Positions 47,490-58,595 of a stretch of DNA of 64,000 nucleotides are shown piece by piece. This stretch comes from Candidatus Poribacteria bacterium (GTDB taxonomy: Bacteria; Poribacteria; WGA-4E; WGA-3G): assembly GCA_965214095.1 (NCBI GenBank), contig OZ243938.1, positions 1,312,001-1,376,000 of the forward strand. The letters run 5' to 3'. Under the pieces are notes generated by a model. That model had not been told where the DNA came from, ran no database searches, and saw only the letters and a program-made list of their open reading frames with translations. A program made the position numbers and the translations under genes. Positions within the stretch are counted from its first letter, which is position 1; each line of letters opens with the position of its first letter.

Positions 47490-48233
47490 CTACTCCTTCC
47501 TATTTAATACGATATTATTGGCGGTGACAAGTGCATCAAAAGTGCCTGCGTCAACCCATTCACCTTGTAAATAACTGTGTTCAAGGATGCCACGTTCAAT
47601 ATAGACATTGTTGACCGAAGTAATTTCATATTCTCCGCGTGCTGATGGTTTTATCGTCTTGATTATATCAAATACATTTGAATCGTAGCAATAGACACCA
47701 ACAACAACGTAATTACTTTTGGGATGAGTCGGTTTTTCATCTATAGAAATGATACGGTTTCCATTCAAATTTGCAACACCGAAACGTTCAGGATCATCAA
47801 CTTTCTTTAATAGTACACGTGCTCCTGCTTTTTGTGTTTGAAATTCGGATACGACCTGTTTGATGGATGATTCAAAAATATTGTCTCCAAGCATAACAAC
47901 GATATTATCATTTGAAGCAAACCCTTCTGCTAACGCAAGTGCATGTGCAATACCTTTTGCTTCTTCTTGGACACGGTAGGTTAGGGCACAACCAATTTCT
48001 TTACCACTACCCAGCACACGGACAAAGTCACCGATGTGGTTTGGATTTGCCACTATTAGTATTTCAGTGATTCCAGCATCTATAAGTTGTCTGATGGTAT
48101 GAAAAACCATCGGTTCATTTCCAACAGGAAGTAGGTGTTTGCTGGTAACCTTTGTTAACGGGTACAAGCGTGTGCCTAACCCTCCAGCGAGAATAACGCC
48201 TTTAAGGGTATGTAACGTTTTAGAATTTGACAT
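47490..48233 (-). CDS. rfbA: Sugar-1-phosphate nucleotidyltransferase (glucose-1-phosphate thymidylyltransferase, short form)
   Basis: ILAGGLGTRLYPLT, KHLLPV, LGDNIF, EKP, PSARGEYEIT and WVDAGT. Confidence 0.85.
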   Translation of the reverse strand: MSNSKTLHTLKGVILAGGLGTRLYPLTKVTSKHLLPVGNEPMVFHTIRQLIDAGITEILIVANPNHIGDFVRVLGSGKEIGCALTYRVQEEAKGIAHALALAEGFASNDNIVVMLGDNIFESSIKQVVSEFQTQKAGARVLLKKVDDPERFGVANLNGNRIISIDEKPTHPKSNYVVVGVYCYDSNVFDIIKTIKPSARGEYEITSVNNVYIERGILEHSYLQGEWVDAGTFDALVTANNIVLNRKE

Positions 48234-48293
48234 TAATCATTTACTAACAAGAGTTGTGGAAACAATCCGATTAGATCCTCTTGTGCTTTGTTA

Positions 48294-49196
48294 TTATGCG
48301 TTCTTACCACGTCCGGGGAAAGTCAATTCAGCGACACCAGACTTATCTAAATCACCTAAACCTTGTTCAATCATTCGGTCGTATTGGTCTTTTGTTGCTT
48401 GTGCAAGGGGGAGTGCGATACCAGTTTCATCTGCGAGGTCAAGTGCGATTCCAGAATCTTTGGATGCATGGGCGGCTGAAAAATAACATTCATGATCTCG
48501 GATTTGCATGTCTTCACCATCCGTTTCTAAGACGCGTGAATTTGCACCTGTTTGTGCGAAAACTTCTTGTAACATTTCAAGGTCAAGACCGAGTGCTGCA
48601 CCTAAACCGAGACCTTCAGCAAGTCCAGCAGTATTTATATTCATTACCATATTGACCAATGCTTTGACTTGGGCTGCTTTACCTGCTTCGCCGATGTATC
48701 TCAATGAGACACTCATTGATTCTAATATTGGATGTGCTTTGTCAAAGGTATCTTTTTTGCCACCACACATGAGATAAAGTGTGCCTTCTCTTGCTTGTGT
48801 GATACTACTTGCCATACATCCTTCAAGGCTTTCAGCACCATGTCTTTGAGCGAGGTTCTCTATGTCAACATGAACCTGTGGACTTAGTGTAGCACAGTTG
48901 ATAAACACCTTACCTGATGCATCTTTAAGTAAACTATCTTCTGCATCTTCAGAATAAATCTGTCGCATTGCATCATCGTCAGTTACGACAGTGATGATAT
49001 AATCCGCGAGTTCGGTTACCTTCGCCAATTTGTCAGCAGCAGTTGCATCAATTTCATCTGCCAATTCTTTTGCACGTTCACTTGCAACATCGTATACTGC
49101 AACTACTTGAAAACCTTCGTCATTTAGGTGTCGTGCAATGTTTGCCCCCATTCTTCCTACACCTACAACGCCAATTTTATAATTTGCGTTTGCCAT
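48294..49196 (-). CDS. 3-hydroxyisobutyrate dehydrogenase-family NAD(P)-dependent oxidoreductase
   Basis: GVGRMGANIA, GTLYLMCGG, catalytic K in VKALVN and KDSGIAL. Confidence 0.88.
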   Translation of the reverse strand: MANANYKIGVVGVGRMGANIARHLNDEGFQVVAVYDVASERAKELADEIDATAADKLAKVTELADYIITVVTDDDAMRQIYSEDAEDSLLKDASGKVFINCATLSPQVHVDIENLAQRHGAESLEGCMASSITQAREGTLYLMCGGKKDTFDKAHPILESMSVSLRYIGEAGKAAQVKALVNMVMNINTAGLAEGLGLGAALGLDLEMLQEVFAQTGANSRVLETDGEDMQIRDHECYFSAAHASKDSGIALDLADETGIALPLAQATKDQYDRMIEQGLGDLDKSGVAELTFPGRGKNA

Positions 49197-49388
49197 ATCT
49201 TCCTCCCTACATTATTTAATGTTGATAATGACTTTAGTATTCTGTTTTCTTGCTATAGATTATTTTACAAATTTTGGATGTAATTGTCAACAGGTTTTGT
49301 GTCTTGACACGGATATTTAGTTTTAAAAGTTCGTAATTGTTTAGGTTAACTTTTTGTTAAGTCACTGAATTTATTGGATATATTGATT

Positions 49389-49533
49389 CTTGTCTGAACC
49401 AGGATTTTCAGGATAAGATTCTGAACATCAAAGTGCAATCCAGAGAATAAACGTCAACCTGGGAATAGGAACTTTGGAGTGCCAAACGCATAATCCTGCA
49501 AATCTACTAATCCTGCAAATCCTGGTTCAGACA
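49389..49533. repeat. MITE-like element with perfect 18-bp terminal inverted repeats
   Basis: TTGTCTGAACCAGGATTT ... AAATCCTGGTTCAGACAA, with internal AATCCTGC sub-repeats. Confidence 0.75.
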
Positions 49534-49695
49534 AATAGGAATACAAACCCATAACAAAATTTAACGTTAGTGAATCATATTGAACAAAAACCGAAAACTG
49601 CATAGCCTTGATCGAACACATACAGATATTGATTGAAAATTGAACCTAAAATACGTTAAACTTCTTATAGTTTAAAAATACAAGGAGAGGAAATA

Positions 49696-50394
49696 ATGAC
49701 CCCCAAAATTGGTATTCCAGTAGTTGACGAATTTGCAAAAAATAACTTTGAAAACTATAAGGATGCGATAAAAGAACATCGTGGAAAGGTCTGTTTTTTA
49801 ATTAGAAATGAACAATCAATTTCAGAATTCATTGATGGCATTGATGGACTTCTGCTTCCTGGTGGTGGAGATATTCACCCAGATAATTTTAATCAGGAGT
49901 GGCATCCGAAAATAAAGTATGTTGATGAGGAACGTGATGATTTGGAAATATCTCTATTCAAAGAGGCGTACAAAAAGGACATTCCAGTATTTGGGATATG
50001 TCGTGGAATCCAGATCATGAGCGTCGCGATGGGAGGCAGTCTATTTCAAGATATTGATACTGTCTATCCGAAACCATCCCTCACGCATCCTAAGGAGCAC
50101 GGAATAGATTCTGAACATACAATTGAAATTGAACCTGATAGTGAACTTGAAAAGATTATCGGAGAGAGTGTTGTTGACGTGAATTCAGCACATCATCAGG
50201 CTGTAGACGATATTGGTGAGGGATTTGTTGTCACTGCATATTCAAGTGATGGGATTGTTGAGGCAATAGAAAATCCGTCAAGAGCATTTATGATAGGAGT
50301 TCAATACCATCCAGAACGAATGCTTGCTACACAAGAATTTGAAGATCATAGAAACAAATTATTCAAAGCGTTTATAAAGGAAGCATCAAAATAG
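49696..50394 (+). CDS. Peptidase C26 / gamma-glutamyl-GABA hydrolase family (PuuD-like)
   Basis: GLLLPGGGD, GICRGIQ, VNSAHHQAV and GVQYHPE. Confidence 0.9.
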   Translation: MTPKIGIPVVDEFAKNNFENYKDAIKEHRGKVCFLIRNEQSISEFIDGIDGLLLPGGGDIHPDNFNQEWHPKIKYVDEERDDLEISLFKEAYKKDIPVFGICRGIQIMSVAMGGSLFQDIDTVYPKPSLTHPKEHGIDSEHTIEIEPDSELEKIIGESVVDVNSAHHQAVDDIGEGFVVTAYSSDGIVEAIENPSRAFMIGVQYHPERMLATQEFEDHRNKLFKAFIKEASK

Positions 50395-50416
50395 ATCTTT
50401 TAAGAGCAATTTATCA

Positions 50417-51349
50417 TTAGAAATAGGCGATCAAAGATAGTCGGTGAGTCAATCCCAATTCCCCTAACGACACAAGTGCATAATCAATCTGGAATCTGAG
50501 TACTGACAAACCAAAACCTCCGGTTAGACCAGACATTGCTCCTAAATCGTTTCCGCCGAGTTGGTATTTATAGCCAGTCCGAATTTGCAGTATATTTGCA
50601 ATCGTATAACCTAATCCTGCTGCGAAAGCATTGTCGTTGTCGGTGGGTCGTATAAAATCCATTGATAAGATTGCATCATCGTTGAAAAACCTATAAGCAG
50701 TACCTACTCTGAGAACAAACGGTAGTTGGAACGAATCCTCAACATACTTTACTCGTGGTCCGACATTTTGTGCATTGATACCGATGGAAAGTGGCAATTT
50801 TGATAATGTGTATAGTCCTCCAAAATCAAACGCTACGCCTGTACCATTTTCGTCAGATATCTGTTCACGGATGTATTTGGCATTTACGCCAAAACTCAAT
50901 GTATTCCCAAATCCACGCGCATAAGATAATATCATTGCGAGGTCATAAGGGCGGAATATTTCAGTTAAATTACCATCTTGATCTCGTCCTTCAATATCAC
51001 CGAAGGACAGAAAGTTCGCACTGATTCCAACTGAATTGCTTTTTCCAATTGGGAGTGCTATTCCGACAAACTCTTGATTAATCTCTGCAAACCATTCGTT
51101 GTGCATTAATGCCAGTTGTGGTCCCTCAAGGTTGATAAGTCCTGCGGGGTTCCAAAAAGAAGCGTATAAATCATCTGTTGCAGCGACTTGCGACTCTCCC
51201 ATTCCAATCGCCTTCGCACCGACACCTATTTTTAGGAATGTCATTGCACGTGTGCCAGCGTTTTCGTGAATATCGGAGTTGTCTGCTAATATAGGAAAAC
51301 TTGCGGATATGAAAAGTATGATAGAGATGAATGCAATTATTCGTTTCAT
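50417..51349 (-). CDS. PorV/PorQ-family outer-membrane beta-barrel
   Basis: Signal peptide, FLKIGVGAKAIGMG, FWNPAGL, FDFGGLY and C-terminal ELGLTHRLSLIAYF. Confidence 0.8.
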   Translation of the reverse strand: MKRIIAFISIILFISASFPILADNSDIHENAGTRAMTFLKIGVGAKAIGMGESQVAATDDLYASFWNPAGLINLEGPQLALMHNEWFAEINQEFVGIALPIGKSNSVGISANFLSFGDIEGRDQDGNLTEIFRPYDLAMILSYARGFGNTLSFGVNAKYIREQISDENGTGVAFDFGGLYTLSKLPLSIGINAQNVGPRVKYVEDSFQLPFVLRVGTAYRFFNDDAILSMDFIRPTDNDNAFAAGLGYTIANILQIRTGYKYQLGGNDLGAMSGLTGGFGLSVLRFQIDYALVSLGELGLTHRLSLIAYF

Positions 51350-51583
51350 ATATTTATTTCATAAAAACATTAGGTAATGTGAATAAAATGTATAGAGTTA
51401 GTGTTTATATCATTGGTTTTGTTCATATTTTGATATTTGAATTGTAGCATATCATTGAACAATAGTCAACTTATGATTTTCAATTCATCTAAGTCTGTGC
51501 TAATCGGACTGGATATCTCTTTTTCTCCTTCCTATACCGATAGATGCATCAGATTGTAGTGGAGCAGGCTCTGTAAGTAATGC

Positions 51584-52471
51584 CTAATCTACATTGCTAT
51601 CAGTTTCATTTTCTTGATACACTTGAGATTCACGCTGGATAAGTGGAATCTGGGGTGTGCCAGCTTTAATTGACTCAATTTCGCTAAGCATCCATTGATG
51701 ACTATAACGTCCATAAGCTTTTTCTAACATAGGTATTGCTTTATCGTACTCACCAATCCTCTGATACGCCCAACCTAATTCATAGAGTCCTTCAGATGGA
51801 TCAAGACGATTTGCCTTTTCTAAGAGTCCGATCGCCTCTTCTGGAGCGTCCTTCTTAATTATAGAGCCTAAACCAACCAATGCAGGAATAGAATTAGGAT
51901 CCATTTCTAAGAGACTACGGTATCCCAATTCTTTTTCAACAAGCTCGTTGGATGAACGAAGTTGTGTCCAAATAAAAAGTGATTCAAAATCGTTTGGATT
52001 ATCTGCAAGGGCTTTATCCGCATATTCACGGGCATAATCCGCATATCCTCCCAATGCTTTTAAATACTTCGCAGCACTTAAGTTATTCAATCCTTCAACA
52101 AGAATATCAACTTCTTCTCGAGGGGGTCCTTCCTTTGCCCAAGAAGGATCTATATCCCAACTATTCCCATCATAAAGGGCACTGATTCTTCTTCTTTTTT
52201 CTTCTGAAATTTCTGGTATAGGTATATCTTCAGTGAAATGTCCATGTTCCGATCTGATGTTACCCTTACCGCGTTGGGATATTTTTGGATTCAACCGAAT
52301 TCCATTGCCATTATTGATGTTATGTTGCTTAGTAGAAGCGTAGTCTGAAGACACAACCTCAGTGTTTTTTGAAAATCTGGTATTTGACAAAACTTTATAT
52401 CCTACTATAGAAAGCAGTCCACAACCAATAATGATAATAAACAGGTTTTTTCGAAGAAGTCGGTACAACAT
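51584..52471 (-). CDS. Membrane-anchored TPR protein
   Basis: AAGGAGG SD, an N-terminal TM and TPR-like repeats (ALVGLG...AIGLLEKANRLDP, YELGWAYQRIGEYDKAI). Confidence 0.75.
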   Translation of the reverse strand: MLYRLLRKNLFIIIIGCGLLSIVGYKVLSNTRFSKNTEVVSSDYASTKQHNINNGNGIRLNPKISQRGKGNIRSEHGHFTEDIPIPEISEEKRRRISALYDGNSWDIDPSWAKEGPPREEVDILVEGLNNLSAAKYLKALGGYADYAREYADKALADNPNDFESLFIWTQLRSSNELVEKELGYRSLLEMDPNSIPALVGLGSIIKKDAPEEAIGLLEKANRLDPSEGLYELGWAYQRIGEYDKAIPMLEKAYGRYSHQWMLSEIESIKAGTPQIPLIQRESQVYQENETDSNVD

Positions 52472-52604
52472 ACTAACCTCCTTATTAGCTATGACAAGTG
52501 TAGACTTTTTAAGGCACAATAAAGAAAGAAAACTGATAATGCGATGATTGAAATTATACACACTTTTTTTATTTCAAACAATGTTTTAATCCATACAGGA
52601 ATAA

Positions 52605-52662
52605 TATAGTAGAAACCGTAATTATTTACACACTACGGTAGGTTCGGTTTCCTAACCGAACC
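52605..52662 (+). repeat. Solo MITE end plus REP, matching the reverse complement of 27083-27140
   Basis: TATAGTAGAAACCGTAATTATTTACACACTACGGTAGGTTCGGTTTCCTAACCGAACC. Confidence 0.75.
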
Positions 52663-52710
52663 GGGAATGTACGTTTAGATCCCTTCTACCTTTCTTCATA
52701 AATGTTAATG

Positions 52711-52781
52711 GTAGTAGGCACACTCCGTGTGCCGTCTGTCTTGTACGCTAAGGTATACGGCACACGGAGTGTGCCTACTAC
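52711..52781. repeat. Inverted REP doublet (REPIN-like)
   Basis: GTAGTAGGCACACTCCGTGTGCCGT (52711-52735) and its perfect reverse complement (52757-52781). Confidence 0.8.
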
Positions 52782-52788
52782 TATGTAT

Positions 52789-52940
52789 TGTGAAGTGCCA
52801 TCGATTTTTTAGACCATTTTTCGTAAAGTTAAGACAAGTGTTTTTCTCACATTCAATAGGTGTTATATAATCTAATGCCGAATGAGAACGTTTCTGGATA
52901 TACACTTCTTCAATAAAATGTCCAATGCGCGTATTAGCAT
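52789..52940 (-). mobile_element. IS3-family transposase 3' remnant with right end
   Basis: Reads ANTRIGHFIEEVYIQKRSHSALDYITPIE, matching the IS3 integrase C-terminal consensus YNxxRxHSALGYxTP. The element ends ...GGCACTTCACA. Confidence 0.75.
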
Positions 52941-52988
52941 AGGTGTGTGAAAAGAAATTTTAACCTACTGTACATATCCATTTAATAT

Positions 52989-53017
52989 TTGACAGTGGAG
53001 GTATATTATGGTATCAT
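52989..53017 (+). promoter_or_regulatory. Putative sigma70 promoter for the membrane-protein/secA gene run
   Basis: TTGACA-17 nt-TATCAT with TGn. Confidence 0.6.
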
Positions 53018-53113
53018 AATATAGTAATATAAAGCATAACCACATACCGATTCTCACACATACAGACTAACTTTAACTGCCTTCGCATACGGGTATATAA
53101 GTCTGACAAGAAA

Positions 53114-54247
53114 ATGGAACAGTTCCAATTCAAGTTCACAGATATCTATCAAGTTAGAAACTACGGTTTCAGTCTTAGAAGGATAGGAATTCATCTTATA
53201 GGCATACTTCTTGCTTACCTAATATATGAAATTTTGATCTATCTGAGTTTGGTGATTGAAGGTAGTACAGAAGTAGCAAAGTTTTGGAATGCCTACGGAA
53301 TTTTGCCGATTCCTCCATTTATACCTACAGAGTTAACACCACTAACGATAAATGCAATGTGGTTAGGACTAATAATCTCTGCATCTATCTTTTTTCTTGT
53401 CAGTACAATAGCATCTAAAATTACAATTGAACAGTTGCGTGGAGATATATTTTTTTCAATTCGTAACTCAATAAAATACATAAAACAGAAGTGGTTAACT
53501 GTATTCGGTACTTTTTTGGGATTACTGTCATTCACACTACTACTCCTATTGATACCTGTCAGTATTGGACTTCTTGGTAAAATCCCTTTTGTTGGAAAAC
53601 CAATTCTCACCATTTCGTCACTTTTCATACCCATTGCATTCTTTCTCGGACTTCTTACCGTATTCGTTATCGCTGTTTTCATATCAAGTCTGTTTTTTGT
53701 TCCAGCAGTAGTTGCAACCACAGGGGTAGATGCATTTGAAACGATCTATCAACTTTTTGCTATGTTATGGAATCAACCGTGGCAACTTATTGGGTACGGC
53801 TTGTTATTGTTGCTACTGAAATTGATCTATGTTCCGATTTTGGCAGTTTTCTGTATTGCTGGATTTTTTATTGTCTTACTGCTAACGCACTCCTTACATC
53901 CAACTTATATCCAAGAATCTCTCGGAATTGCGAATACATGGTTGGGAGGAATATTGCAGAAATTGGCAAGTTATTTTTCTACGGAAAATACAACAATATT
54001 TGGTATTAATACTACATTTTCATTGCCTGCAGCGACTTTTTCAACCACAATCTGTGCCATATTTATAACATTTACGTTAATATGTATAGTCGGTGGGATA
54101 GTAGCATATCTCTTTTCAATAGCATCTGTTGGAACAACAGTAATTTATACTATTCTTAGGCATCGGATTGATGGACAAGACCTTCTGCAGTTAGTCGGAT
54201 CAGATGAACAGGTGTCTACTTTACCACTAAATATAGGAGATGAGTGA
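53114..54247 (+). CDS. Hypothetical polytopic membrane protein
   Basis: 377 aa with about 6-7 TM, DAFETIYQLF..NQPW and C-terminal IYTILRHRIDG. Confidence 0.7.
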   Translation: MEQFQFKFTDIYQVRNYGFSLRRIGIHLIGILLAYLIYEILIYLSLVIEGSTEVAKFWNAYGILPIPPFIPTELTPLTINAMWLGLIISASIFFLVSTIASKITIEQLRGDIFFSIRNSIKYIKQKWLTVFGTFLGLLSFTLLLLLIPVSIGLLGKIPFVGKPILTISSLFIPIAFFLGLLTVFVIAVFISSLFFVPAVVATTGVDAFETIYQLFAMLWNQPWQLIGYGLLLLLLKLIYVPILAVFCIAGFFIVLLLTHSLHPTYIQESLGIANTWLGGILQKLASYFSTENTTIFGINTTFSLPAATFSTTICAIFITFTLICIVGGIVAYLFSIASVGTTVIYTILRHRIDGQDLLQLVGSDEQVSTLPLNIGDE

Positions 54248-54339
54248 TATTGAACAACACCGTGTAGTGTAGCAATATGATTTGTAATCTATACTATTCA
54301 GTGTCTAATATTTAAGTTCTATATAATTCATAGTGAAAA

Positions 54340-57036
54340 ATGTTACAAAAAGCAATAACTAAAGTTTTTGGAAGTAAGGAAGAACGCGATGTCAAGCGGT
54401 ATCGTAGTATAGTTGAAGCTGTCAATAACCGTGAATATGAAATCAAGAAATTAAATGATGCAAAACTTCAAGCAAAAACCCCTGACCTTCGTCGCCAATT
54501 AGAAGCAGGTGCATCGCTTGATGACATTATGATTGAGGCGTTTGCCGTAGTCCGAGAAGCAGCCGTTCGCACACTAAAACAACGGCATTATGATGTGCAG
54601 ATTATAGGTGGTGCTGCACTTCATCAGGGTGCTATTGCTGAAATGAGAACAGGTGAAGGGAAAACATTGACATCTACGCTTGCTGTTTATCTGAACGCGC
54701 TTACAGGAAATGGTGTTCACCTTGCCACAGTGAATGATTATTTAGCGCGTCGTGATGCTGAATGGATGGGTAAGATATATAACTTTCTCGGTCTATCTGT
54801 TGGCCTCACACTCAGTTTGATGCCTCATGAACAAAAGAAACTTGCCTATAAAGCAGACATTACCTATGGTGTGCATAGTGAGTTCGGATTTGACTATCTA
54901 AACGATAACCGCGCTCATTCCTTAGATACGAAAGCACAACGCGGTCATGTCTATGCAATTCTTGATGAAGTTGATAGTATCCTAATTGACGAAGCACGAA
55001 CACCTCTAATCATTTCTGATCCATCGAATAAACCTGCCGAACTCTATCGCAGAATAAATCATGTTGTGACGCAACTACGTAAAGAAACACACTTTGATAT
55101 AGATGAGAAAGGGAAATCACGTGGAAGTGTGATGCTAACCGACGAAGGGATAGAAGAAGTTCAACGTCTTCTTGGCGTGGAGAACTTATATGACCATGAC
55201 AATATCATGCTTGTACACCATTTACAGCAATCCCTAACTGCACATCATCTATACACAAACGATATTGACTATCTCGTAGAAAACGGTCAAGTGTTACTTA
55301 TTGACGAATTCACTGGACGGAAACAGATAGGTCGTAGGTTGAGTGAAGGACTTCATCAGGCAATTGAAGCAAAAGAACGCGTGAAAATCGCTCAAGAAAA
55401 TGAGACATTTGCGAAAATAACATACCAAAACTATTTTAGGATGTATGAAAAACTTGCAGGTATGACAGGAACTGCAGCAACAGAAGCAAATGAATTTGGA
55501 CATATTTACGGTTTAGATGTTGTCGTTGTTCCAACCAACGAACCGATGATTCGTATTGACAATGCTGATCAGATTTTCAGATCGGAAGAGGCAAAATATA
55601 ATGCAGTCTTGGTGGATATTGCTGAGCAGCACGAGAAAGGGCGTCCTATACTTGTTGGGACAATTTCAATAGAAAATTCTGAAAAACTGAGTAAGTTACT
55701 AAGAGCCAGACATCGGGATATAAAACATCAAGTCTTGAATGCAAAAGAACACGCACGTGAAGCAGACATCGTAGCACAAGCTGGTTTACCAGGGACAGTA
55801 ACAATCGCTACCAATATGGCAGGTAGAGGGGTAGATATCTTATTGGGTGGTAATCCTGAAGGTATGGCAAGAGATATGCTTCGTAAGAAAAAAGTAGACA
55901 TGAGTATACCCTATCAAGAAACTGAGGAGTGGGATGAAGCACTTGCAGAAGCAGAAGCGATATGTAAAGAGAATCAGGAACAAGTCCTAAAGGCAGGTGG
56001 ACTCCATATCATTGGGACTGAACGACATGATTCCCGAAGAATTGATAACCAATTGCGTGGTCGTGCTGGACGGCAAGGGGATCCAGGTTCATCACGTTTC
56101 TATCTATCCTTGGAAGATGATCTTATGAAAAAGTTCGGTTCAGAACGTCTACAAGGGTTGATGGGTAGAGCAGGAATGGATGATAATATTCCATTGGAAC
56201 ACCCATGGATGTCAAAATCGATCGAAAAAGCACAGACCCGTGTGGAACAGATGAACTTTGATATTCGGAAGAATATCCTAAAATTTGATGACGTGATGGA
56301 AGCACAACGTGATACCATATATTCTCTAAGAGACTCTATCCTTTCGGAAGAGGATCCGAAAGAGATTGTTTGGGAGATGATTGAGAATGTAATTGCTGAT
56401 CGGGTTGAAGAAGTTATTCCAGAACGTGGACCGCGTGACGAAGAGGAATTAGATAAATTTGAGAAATGGCTCAGTGCAACATTTCCTGTGGAAGTTGTCA
56501 TCAAAACACCTTTAACAGAGATTGCTGCAGAAGAACTGTACGACCAGATCATTGATGCCCTCAAGGTCGCATATCAGATACGCGAAGATGAAATGGGTTC
56601 CGAGATGATGCGTACGCTGGAAAGATTGCTTGTTTTAGATAGAATAGATAGCCATTGGAAAGACCATCTTTATAATATTGACTTTATAGAACAGGAAATG
56701 CGGTTAGCAGGTTATGGTGGTAAAGACCCAATTGTTGTATTTAAGGGTGAAGCACTTGGTATCTTTGAATCTATGTATCAGAACATAGAGAAAGAAGTGA
56801 GTGAGTTCATATTTAAATCAAGTGTCAATACGGAAGCACCGCGACGTGTTCCAAGCAGAGGAACGAGTCGTTCACGTAGAACTCCACCACGTCGTGCCGC
56901 ACGAGCCAATGATGGATCCCAAACTTCAGCAGAATTTGCTTCACAAGAAGCAATGGGTAATATACCAAAAGTTGGTCGTAACGCACCATGTCCTTGTGGG
57001 AGTGGCAAAAAATATAAGAAATGTCATGGAAGATAG
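54340..57036 (+). CDS. secA: Preprotein translocase ATPase SecA
   Basis: [61 protein letters not shown] and the SEC-C motif [13 protein letters not shown]. Confidence 0.99.
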   Translation: MLQKAITKVFGSKEERDVKRYRSIVEAVNNREYEIKKLNDAKLQAKTPDLRRQLEAGASLDDIMIEAFAVVREAAVRTLKQRHYDVQIIGGAALHQGAIAEMRTGEGKTLTSTLAVYLNALTGNGVHLATVNDYLARRDAEWMGKIYNFLGLSVGLTLSLMPHEQKKLAYKADITYGVHSEFGFDYLNDNRAHSLDTKAQRGHVYAILDEVDSILIDEARTPLIISDPSNKPAELYRRINHVVTQLRKETHFDIDEKGKSRGSVMLTDEGIEEVQRLLGVENLYDHDNIMLVHHLQQSLTAHHLYTNDIDYLVENGQVLLIDEFTGRKQIGRRLSEGLHQAIEAKERVKIAQENETFAKITYQNYFRMYEKLAGMTGTAATEANEFGHIYGLDVVVVPTNEPMIRIDNADQIFRSEEAKYNAVLVDIAEQHEKGRPILVGTISIENSEKLSKLLRARHRDIKHQVLNAKEHAREADIVAQAGLPGTVTIATNMAGRGVDILLGGNPEGMARDMLRKKKVDMSIPYQETEEWDEALAEAEAICKENQEQVLKAGGLHIIGTERHDSRRIDNQLRGRAGRQGDPGSSRFYLSLEDDLMKKFGSERLQGLMGRAGMDDNIPLEHPWMSKSIEKAQTRVEQMNFDIRKNILKFDDVMEAQRDTIYSLRDSILSEEDPKEIVWEMIENVIADRVEEVIPERGPRDEEELDKFEKWLSATFPVEVVIKTPLTEIAAEELYDQIIDALKVAYQIREDEMGSEMMRTLERLLVLDRIDSHWKDHLYNIDFIEQEMRLAGYGGKDPIVVFKGEALGIFESMYQNIEKEVSEFIFKSSVNTEAPRRVPSRGTSRSRRTPPRRAARANDGSQTSAEFASQEAMGNIPKVGRNAPCPCGSGKKYKKCHGR

Positions 57037-57061
57037 AGAATTATGAACATGGAGGAAAGTC

Positions 57062-57259
57062 GTGAAATCAGAAGAATCCTATACGCTTTCACAAACCTTG
57101 CTTGAGATTCTGGCGTGTCCTGCTTGCAAGGGAAAAATTGAGCATGTAGAAGCGGACGAGAAACTTGTTTGTCTTGGTGAATGTCAACGTCGCTATCCTA
57201 TACGTGAAGGGATACCAGTGATGTTAATTGATGAAGCGGAATTACCTACGAAAGAATAA
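57062..57259 (+). CDS. Trm112-like (UPF0434/YcaR) protein
   Basis: LLEILACPACKG...C..C.RRYPIREGIPVMLIDEA, with GGAGG SD. Confidence 0.9.
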   Translation: MKSEESYTLSQTLLEILACPACKGKIEHVEADEKLVCLGECQRRYPIREGIPVMLIDEAELPTKE

Positions 57260-57285
57260 GTGCTTGAAATTGGTAAAACAGTATA

Positions 57286-58509
57286 ATGCGAATCTTATTT
57301 TTGTGCTTGCGATGTCCATATCCACCACAACGAGGAGACAGGATTCGTTCATACCATTTTATCAAGCAACTATCAAAACGCCATAAAATCACGTTAGTCT
57401 TTTTTGCAGAATCAGATGCTGATATTGAATCTGTTCAACATTTGCAGCCATTCTGTGAACGTGTAGAATGGGTTCGTTTTCGTCCAAATGTTGCAAGAAT
57501 AAACACAGCAATCCATTGCTTATCTCGTACTCCATTGCAGGTACATTATTGGTATTCACCACAAATGCAACGGAAAATCAATGAGCTGCTTGCTGAGGAG
57601 ACGTTTGAACTTGTCCACGCGCAACTTTTTCGCATGGGACAATATGTTTCAAAGGCAAAGGGAGTTGTAAAGGTTCTGGATTTATGTGATTCGTTAGCAT
57701 TGAACTTAAGTCGACGTGCAGAATTAGATTGCACGCCAAAACGATTTTTGGTAAAATTGGAGGAAAAACGAGTTCGGCAATATGAAATAGAGATTATGAA
57801 ATCTTTTGATCGGGGTACTGTCGTCGCTAACTTTGATAGAGATTATTTACTTAAGCAGGACAACAGTCTCAAATTATCAGTAGTTCCAATGGGGGTTGAC
57901 CTCAAATATTTTCATCCTCTTCCAGACAAAACAGATGAACCTACAGATTCCAATGGATTCCATTCATCAGTTTCATCTAATTCAACAAAGAATTTGCTGT
58001 TTACTGGAACGATGAACTATTTTCCGAACTCTGATGCAGTCATATACTTTTGTGAAGAGATATATCCGTTGATACAAAAACAGCATCCGGATGTTAACTT
58101 TTTTATTGTTGGCAACCATCCGACAGAACAGGTACAACGTCTTGCTGAAAATAGAGGAGTGACCGTTACAGGATATGTACCAGACATACGTCCTTATTTT
58201 CATGAGGCATCTGTCTTTGTAGCACCTTTGCGTGCGGGTTCAGGTATTCAGACAAAAAACTTAGAAGCGATGGCGACGGGAACTCCTGTCGTAACCACTT
58301 CAATTGGTGCAATGGGATTAGAAGCTGAGATCGGAGAAGAACTTCTAACTGCTGACAATCCGCAAGATTTTGCTGACTGTGTCATTCATCTGATGGAAAA
58401 CCCTGAAGACCAGCAGAATCTTGGCAATGCTGGAAGAAAACGGGTAGAAGCAAGTTATGATTGGGATGTACTCGTTGAAAAACTTGAACAAGTTTATGCC
58501 GAAATCTAA
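57286..58509 (+). CDS. Glycosyltransferase family 4 (polysaccharide-associated)
   Basis: PYPPQRGDRIRSYH, FTGTMNYFPN and PLRAGSGIQTKNLEAMA. Confidence 0.9.
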   Translation: MRILFLCLRCPYPPQRGDRIRSYHFIKQLSKRHKITLVFFAESDADIESVQHLQPFCERVEWVRFRPNVARINTAIHCLSRTPLQVHYWYSPQMQRKINELLAEETFELVHAQLFRMGQYVSKAKGVVKVLDLCDSLALNLSRRAELDCTPKRFLVKLEEKRVRQYEIEIMKSFDRGTVVANFDRDYLLKQDNSLKLSVVPMGVDLKYFHPLPDKTDEPTDSNGFHSSVSSNSTKNLLFTGTMNYFPNSDAVIYFCEEIYPLIQKQHPDVNFFIVGNHPTEQVQRLAENRGVTVTGYVPDIRPYFHEASVFVAPLRAGSGIQTKNLEAMATGTPVVTTSIGAMGLEAEIGEELLTADNPQDFADCVIHLMENPEDQQNLGNAGRKRVEASYDWDVLVEKLEQVYAEI

Positions 58510-58595
58510 TAATGGCGAAACAGATTAAAAGGCATTATAGTTATCTATATCTATAATATTGGTGTATTGTAGATTTTACTAACCAAGGAGGTAGT

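Noticed and set aside
52705-52905. 66-aa ORF as a real gene
   Set aside because: It is an IS3 transposase tail read through the IS end into a REP doublet.
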